This document shows, piece by piece, positions 56,962-64,000 of a stretch of 64,000 nucleotides of DNA. The position numbers and the translations under genes are program-made. The notes beneath the pieces were generated by a model. The model had not been told where the DNA came from. It saw only the letters and a program-made list of their open reading frames with translations, and did not search any database. Source of the stretch: Octopus vulgaris (lineage: Eukaryota); the NCBI GenBank assembly GCA_951406725.2, contig OX597828.1:52824001-52888000 (forward strand), written 5' to 3'. The number at the start of each line of letters is the position of its first letter. Within the stretch, counting starts at the first letter, position 1.

Positions 56962-58620
56962 GAGAATGTGAGATTACCAAGGTAAAGTCTATGAGAAAGA
57001 TAATGGGATGTCGTAGTAGCTAGTAGGGGTGGGTGAGTGGTAGTGGTGATGGGGGGGAGTTAGGGAGTTGATAGAGAGAGGGAGATAGAGAGAGGTAGAG
57101 AGGTAGAAAGAGAGAAGATGATTACAAACGTAAAGTGTATCTAGAATATAATGAAACGTGATGGTGGAGTGGTCATGATGATGGCGGTGGTGGTGGTGGT
57201 GGTGTTGAGATGACAGAGAGGAAAATTAGAAGGAGAAGAAGACGTGTGCGCGCGCGCGTGCGTGTGTGTGTGTGTAAAGAAGAGATAGAGAGAGAGAGGG
57301 GAGAGAGAGAATGGTTTATTGGAACACGGAATGAGTATCTTTTAGATCCCAATTTTGGTGCATTAATGTGGGACAGATGCAAAAAATTACATCGAATATC
57401 GTTGTTTGTTTGATGTGCGTGTGTGTGTGTGCATATTTGTGCTCATAGAAACAGGTATGTGTTTGGATTTAAGGTAAGAGTGGGTGAGCTCGTATTATTT
57501 AATTTGTGTCACTGTGTGCGTGTGTGTGTGTGTGTGTGCGTTCGAGTAGTAAAGGTTGAGAAGGGAAGAACGCATGCGCCATTGAAGCAGACTAGGCTTT
57601 TAAAGGGCGCATTTATTATACTTCAACTTACTAAGCAATTTTAACATACCAATCAAAATTCAAACAAACCCACCATATTCTGGTAAGTAGAGGGCATATG
57701 TTTTCATTCTCTATTCATTACAAAATTGGAATATCTCTGACTAATTTGTCCGGTACGTCTTTTGGTTGAATCCATATTTTTATACATTGGTGAACCAACG
57801 AAGTTCAGACTCGCACACTTCTGATATGAAAGTTTTAAGCATTATTTCGACGTTGCAGGATTTCTTCAACGCTTTTTTCTTTTCGAAATTCAATAGGAAA
57901 CCATTCAAAGGACGAAGACATCGGTAGAAATACTAACAACATTAATAGTCAGTACAACTACAGCAACGTTGACAATATCATCAATATCTCATCAACTACC
58001 TACCCTTTAAACCGAGTGCTTCCATAACATGGTTCCTTTGCAGAAATGTACAGTGTAGTGGTGCTATTGTTATTAATAATAATACTGTTTAACTGCTTAT
58101 GGTACACAGAACAATATGATCGACACGAGTTTGTATCATTATGATCTACACAAGTTTGTATTATTTGTTCCTACGTACGTTTCACCATTCTGGTTGTTTC
58201 GAATTCTGCACTGGATGTTCTAACTGCAATTAGGTGCTTAACTACATCGCATCATCAGGAGAAGACTTTTTTGTTTTATGTTGCAGACAATTAATGAGGC
58301 ATTAGCTCTCTACAACAAGCGCAATAAAGTGTTTCCCGATGAACTGTTGTGATTAAGAATCCAGTTGCACTTTGAACATTCAGTGCTGTATTCCAAACAA
58401 CCATAATGGTGAAACGCACGTAGGAACAAATTATATAAACTTGTGTTTAACGTCATTTCTCCTTTGCGTGACTGTGTAGTAAGAAACATGCTTTGCAATA
58501 ATATGGTTCCGCATTCCGTCCCACTGCATGTCACCTTGAGTAAATTTCTTCTACTTTAGCATCGATTCGACCAGTCTTGTGAGTGGATTTGTAGGCAGAA
58601 AAAGTATGTCATCTACACAC

Positions 58621-58776
<156 letters not shown>

Positions 58777-58952
58777 CAGGGTGAATTTTGTCAGTGAACA
58801 GGTTACGGTCTAAAAGCGACGAAAATATTTTGGCAAGTTAAATTCAAACTTTGAAATAAATCTAATGGCTTATAAACACCTTCCACGCTGCAATTGTTTT
58901 CGTTCCAGCACACGATCTCAGATCAGGTCACTTGCTATGCAAGTACATCTCC

Positions 58953-59018
<66 letters not shown>

Positions 59019-59765
59019 CACAGGAAGGCAGTCAGATAATCATTAAGAGTAAAGAATATGGCCACAAAATTTAAGAATGATAAGTACATCATCATCATCA
59101 TCACCATCATCAACGATGTATCTTAAGTCCAGTGTTTTCATATGTAGAAACTCTGTATATTTATGTATCTATATTTGTGCATGTGTGTTTGAATATAAAA
59201 TGCGCATTCATACCGAAAGACGGAGACTTCAGTATGCGTTCATGGCAGTGTATACATATATAACTATTTGAGCATATAGTCACCAATGAACACCTATATA
59301 AAGAGAAAACATGGTATTTTTCAAAATTTTTGTTTACTTAAGTATTTTTTTATCCAGAAGCTGGCTTACTTACGAACTCTGCATCCTCTACAAGAGCTAT
59401 GCTCACGCAGCGCCTTCTTCCTATAGCAAGTAGTCCTAAGAGTAGGTAACTCTGCAATGTTCTTCCGGCTAAGCCAACAAAATGCCAACCGGATATACAC
59501 GTTTCTTGCTGCCCTATCCCACCGGAAGTATTGTTCTTTGAAAGTCTACTCATATTATTTATGTTGTGTTTGTATGCTTGTGTGTGTGTGTGTGTATACA
59601 TATATACATATATAGTGAATATGCGTATACATGTCTTCGTGCATGTCCACATTACATAATGAACATGTATATGTGTGTGAGTGTGTGTATGTGTTTATGT
59701 GTGTGTATCTATCTATATATGTGTGTGTATATATATAAATATATATATATATATCTGTGTGTGTG

Positions 59766-59870
<105 letters not shown>

Positions 59871-59983
59871 CCATGAATGCACGTATGCGGCCATACGCAC
59901 AAAAAACATTCTTGCACATACATGAGCACATAATCTCTCTATCTTTCTCTCTTTCTTACCCTTTCTCTCCCTCTTTATTTCTT

Positions 59984-60058
<75 letters not shown>

Positions 60059-60469
60059 ATCTCTCTCTCTCTATCTCTCTCTCTCTCTCGCTTTCTCTCT
60101 TCTATAAATACCAAAGTTATTTCCTTTTTACGAAATACGAAACTGGTTTAGATCGGATACCAGAGAAATATGGTTTATCTCTGAGAGAACAGCCTTACTT
60201 TAGGGAAAATATCACACCAAACTGCAAAGGAAAGGTCACCCTTCGATTACATCGTACGTGTTATTGTTGTTATTGTTAGTGGTGGCCATTTTATTTATTT
60301 ATTCATTTTTTGATTTATTACTTTTTTTTATCATTTTGTTTAAAATTTTGTTCAGAAATATTCTTTTACTTTTATTTCGCTTCAAGTTCGCTAAAGAATC
60401 CAAAATAAATTTCTGTCATATAGTTGAAGCTGAATGTATGGATGGTCAGAACTACAATAATTTTAATAA

Positions 60470-60800
60470 AAAAAAATTCACCACGTCCTATATATATTTC
60501 GTTAAATGCAACCGGATGTACCAGCTCAGCTATCTCTTGGGGAACATTTTGTATTGGCTCCTGAAGACCCATGAAGTTTGTCATGCAGTCTTGAGATAGA
60601 TTTTGGTATCGATTGGATTCATTATGGATGTTTATCTTCTCGTCAAATTTTCAATTGCATTTATGATACGGGAACCACGCCAAAATTCCGTTACAATAGG
60701 TTTACTTTCACCATCAGAGAATTTAATTACGCACCCCAAATTAAGCTTCAAATGTAACAATAATCCACTGGTTCCTAGATCGAATTAAGCAGTTTGAGTT
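60470..60800 (-). mobile_element. Possible Gypsy-type pol remnant (integrase zinc-binding region)
   Basis: Frameshifted pieces EFWR, IPKSISRLHDKLHGSSG and HLTKYI.DVV resemble the H2C2 region; highly degenerate. Confidence 0.3.
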
Positions 60801-60944
60801 TGGAACCAGAATAGCTACATGAGTGTTACTTGTCGTCATCGATTTTTCATCCAGTTTTTACCTGCGTTTTCATCCAGTTTTCATCTGAAACAGTGTCCAT
60901 CTGAAGCAAGTTTCTTGACTTGGCAATATTCTTTTGACAGCTGA

Positions 60945-61410
60945 AAGCGGCAAGTTAGCAGAATCATTAGCACGCCGGGCAAAATGCATAACGGCATTAC
61001 GTCCATATGTACGTTCTGTGTTCAAATACCTATTTCTTTACTACCCACAAGGGGCTAAACATAGAGGGGACAAACAAGGACAGACATAGGTATTAAGTCG
61101 TTTACATCGACCCCAGTGCGTAACTGGTACTTAATTTATCGACCCCGAAAGGATGAAAGGCAAAGTCGACCTCGGCGGAATTTGAACTCAGAACGTAGCG
61201 GCAGACGAAATACCGCTAAGCATTTCGCCCGGCGCGCTAACGTTTCTGCCAGCTCGCCGCCTTTTTCTGTGTTCAAATGCCGCTGAGGTCGACTTTGCTT
61301 TTCATCCTTTCAGGGTCGATAAACTAAATACCAGTTGAACACTGGAGTCGATGTAATTGCTTAATCCCTTCCTTCGTAGTTACTAGCCCTATGCCCAATT
61401 TTGAAACTAA
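60945..61410 (+). mobile_element. Old SINE A (tail 1, +) interrupted by a young SINE A (tail 2, -, 61031-61263)
   Basis: ~17-bp TSD TTCTGTGTTCAAATRCC on both sides of the inner copy. Confidence 0.9.
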
Positions 61411-61789
61411 TATTAGTCAATGTTTACCTTGATGTCTAAACAAGAAGGATGATTAGAAGTCGAACACTTCTATCCTTAGTTCTGCTGGCTAAAAGCTGGC
61501 TGGAGTTAACCAAGAATAGCATTATACGACATCATACGACATCATACGCATAATATATATCCACAGATATTAAACAATGGCGACATTCTTGGATTTAATG
61601 GGGTCATTAATAACTTTTATGGATTAATAACAAGAATCACAACATGCAAATTCATTTAACAAACACACACAGACACAAACGCACGCAGACACAGACACAG
61701 ACACACACACACACACACACACACACACATTCACACACATATATATTTATCAAAGAAATCAGCTTTGTCTGACTTTATATATATATATA

Positions 61790-61854
<65 letters not shown>

Positions 61855-61865
61855 ATGTGTATGTG

Positions 61866-61917
<52 letters not shown>

Positions 61918-61919
<2 letters not shown>

Positions 61920-62078
61920 ATACAAAATGGGACAAGAACACAAAGCATTCGGACAGTTAGGTGATACAAAAGGGGACAACAAAACATCCAGATAGATGAT
62001 ACAAAGAAAACAAGAACGGGTCATTCGAAGCCCTCTATCCTCAGTCAAGCACCAGATTATCCTCGCAAATTCGGCTGA
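61918..62078. mobile_element. Microsatellite-flanked copy of the 15349-15925 repeat family
   Basis: TACAAAATGGGACAAGAAC...CCTCGCAAATTCGGCTG. Confidence 0.75.
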
Positions 62079-62081
62079 TTA

Positions 62082-62147
<66 letters not shown>

Positions 62148-62703
62148 TATTATTATTATTATTATTATTATTAATATATATATATATATATATACAAAAG
62201 AGAAGCAAGCATATTTACATCAAACACTCATCTATGCATATATACGTATGTATGTATGTATGCATATATGTATGTTTGTACTTATACACACTCACACACA
62301 CACTCACACACACACACGTCCTCACTTGTAATTTGATGGATAGGTTAATAGGCTGCAAGATTGTCACATTGATAACTTATTATATATTTGATTTTTTTTT
62401 TTTATACCTAACTCTCTTATTATTTATATATACGTATCGAATGTTGTTCAATATCAGCTACATAATAATATCCCATAATCCCTTACTATTACACACTCAT
62501 ATCCGTTTATTTGTCAACTGATCAGTCGTTATGTTTGATGGATTGGCTTTTTTCTCAATAGATATTCGATACACTCTCTAATCTCTCTATCTGGCTTTCA
62601 AGTCTACTTAGTTTCAATGTTTGCCGCCACTTATCGACTCTTCCACTTACACAACACACAAACACAAAAAACAAATCTGTTTACATGCATGCATACACAT
62701 ACA

Positions 62704-62831
<128 letters not shown>

Positions 62832-62856
62832 TGTATATATATATACATATATATAT

Positions 62857-62930
<74 letters not shown>

Positions 62931-62982
62931 ATATATACATATATGTGCGTACATGCGTACAAGTATAGGTGTGAGTGCGAAT

Positions 62983-63030
<48 letters not shown>

Positions 63031-63084
63031 TTATGTATTCCTTTTATTCTTGTATTCCTTTATGTTTCATTCATGAGACAGCGG

Positions 63085-63290
63085 CCACGCTGGAGCACCG
63101 CCTTGAAGAATTCCAATCGAATGAATCCGCCCTGGTACTTTTTTTATTTAATTATTTTTTAAAAGTTTAGTACTTATTCTATCGGTTGCCTTTGCCGAGC
63201 ATCTAAGTTAAGGGTGGGGATAAACAAACCAGCACCGGTTGTCGAGCGGTGGTAGGAAAACAGGCACAGACTCACCGATACACAGACACA
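63085..63290 (-). mobile_element. SINE family C, 3' half, diverged
   Basis: GCTGGAGCACCGCCTT...AGTACTTATTCTATCGG. Confidence 0.7.
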
Positions 63291-63384
63291 CAAATACATA
63301 CGAGCATACGCGCATGCACACACACACACACACATACACTTACACACGTACATGCAATATCTAGAGCGTACCAAAACCCAGAAG

Positions 63385-63990
63385 ACCATTTTTGGAGCAG
63401 TTGAGGAGGGGTTTCCGCTGCATAGATTGTCTCAAGACTCATGATGGCTTAGGAAACGTCAAAGGATACTAATTGGGTGTACCTGACACTGTGTCAGATT
63501 TTCCCGTGATCTGATCAGCCTGGTGCAGGTTTGACCAGGTATCGAAAGACTTGGCAGCCTCCGAGCTGAAACTTTCGTCATGCCAAATTCATTGCACAGT
63601 ATATTCACAACTCTCTCACAGGATATGCTAACAGCCCTGGCTATTTGAATTGTAGCCAATTGCTCGTCATACATCACCGTGTGGTGAACCCGATCAACGT
63701 TTTCCTCGGTGGTGGCAGCTGCAGGACGTCTAGCCATCGGGTCATCTTCAAGACTCTGCCTTTCCCTCCTAAATTCAGCTGCACACATTTGCACTATCGA
63801 TAAACTACAGCGGCATCCATTAATATAAACAACCATGTCAGCATGAATGTTCTTGGCGGGGTGCTAAACCCATTTTTCTTCGAGTACTTGGTAACACTAC
63901 AATGCCAAATTTTGTCCACTTTCAAGGGAACTCGCTAAAAGTTTCGTTGGAAGTCCTCTTTAGACAATCAAATGACAGTCACCGTGGAAA
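63385..63990 (-). mobile_element. Mariner (irritans-like) transposase N-terminal pseudogene
   Basis: MDKIWH...; AAEFRRERQSLEDDP..RP...TTEENVDRVH...ILCNEFGMTKVSARRLP fits the mariner HTH and WVP region; frameshifted. Confidence 0.85.
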
Positions 63991-64000
63991 AAATAATAAG

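Overview
AT-rich, microsatellite-saturated eukaryotic DNA. The SINE families and repeat landscape look like an octopod cephalopod (Octopus sp.); this is recognition, not a database result. No intact host gene, rRNA, tRNA or CRISPR array is supportable, and almost all long ORFs in the track are translations of simple repeats. The window is intronic or intergenic. It holds several tRNA-derived SINE families (Nin/Deu-domain-like, CORE-like, and a tRNA-Arg-like head with swappable tails) and decayed Tc1/mariner elements (mellifera-like, irritans-like, DD41D, Tc1). It also holds hAT, piggyBac and mariner MITEs and small LINE/LTR remnants. The most notable signal is a set of at least eight type I hammerhead-ribozyme-like motifs in non-coding, mostly (TA)n-associated, Penelope/retrozyme-like elements. 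One has an ~85-nt stem II and sits inside a perfect 207-bp inverted repeat. One lies in a ~210-nt rod-like retrozyme-like monomer. One family has a fixed non-canonical CUGUAGA core. All structures were read by eye; no folding or search was run.
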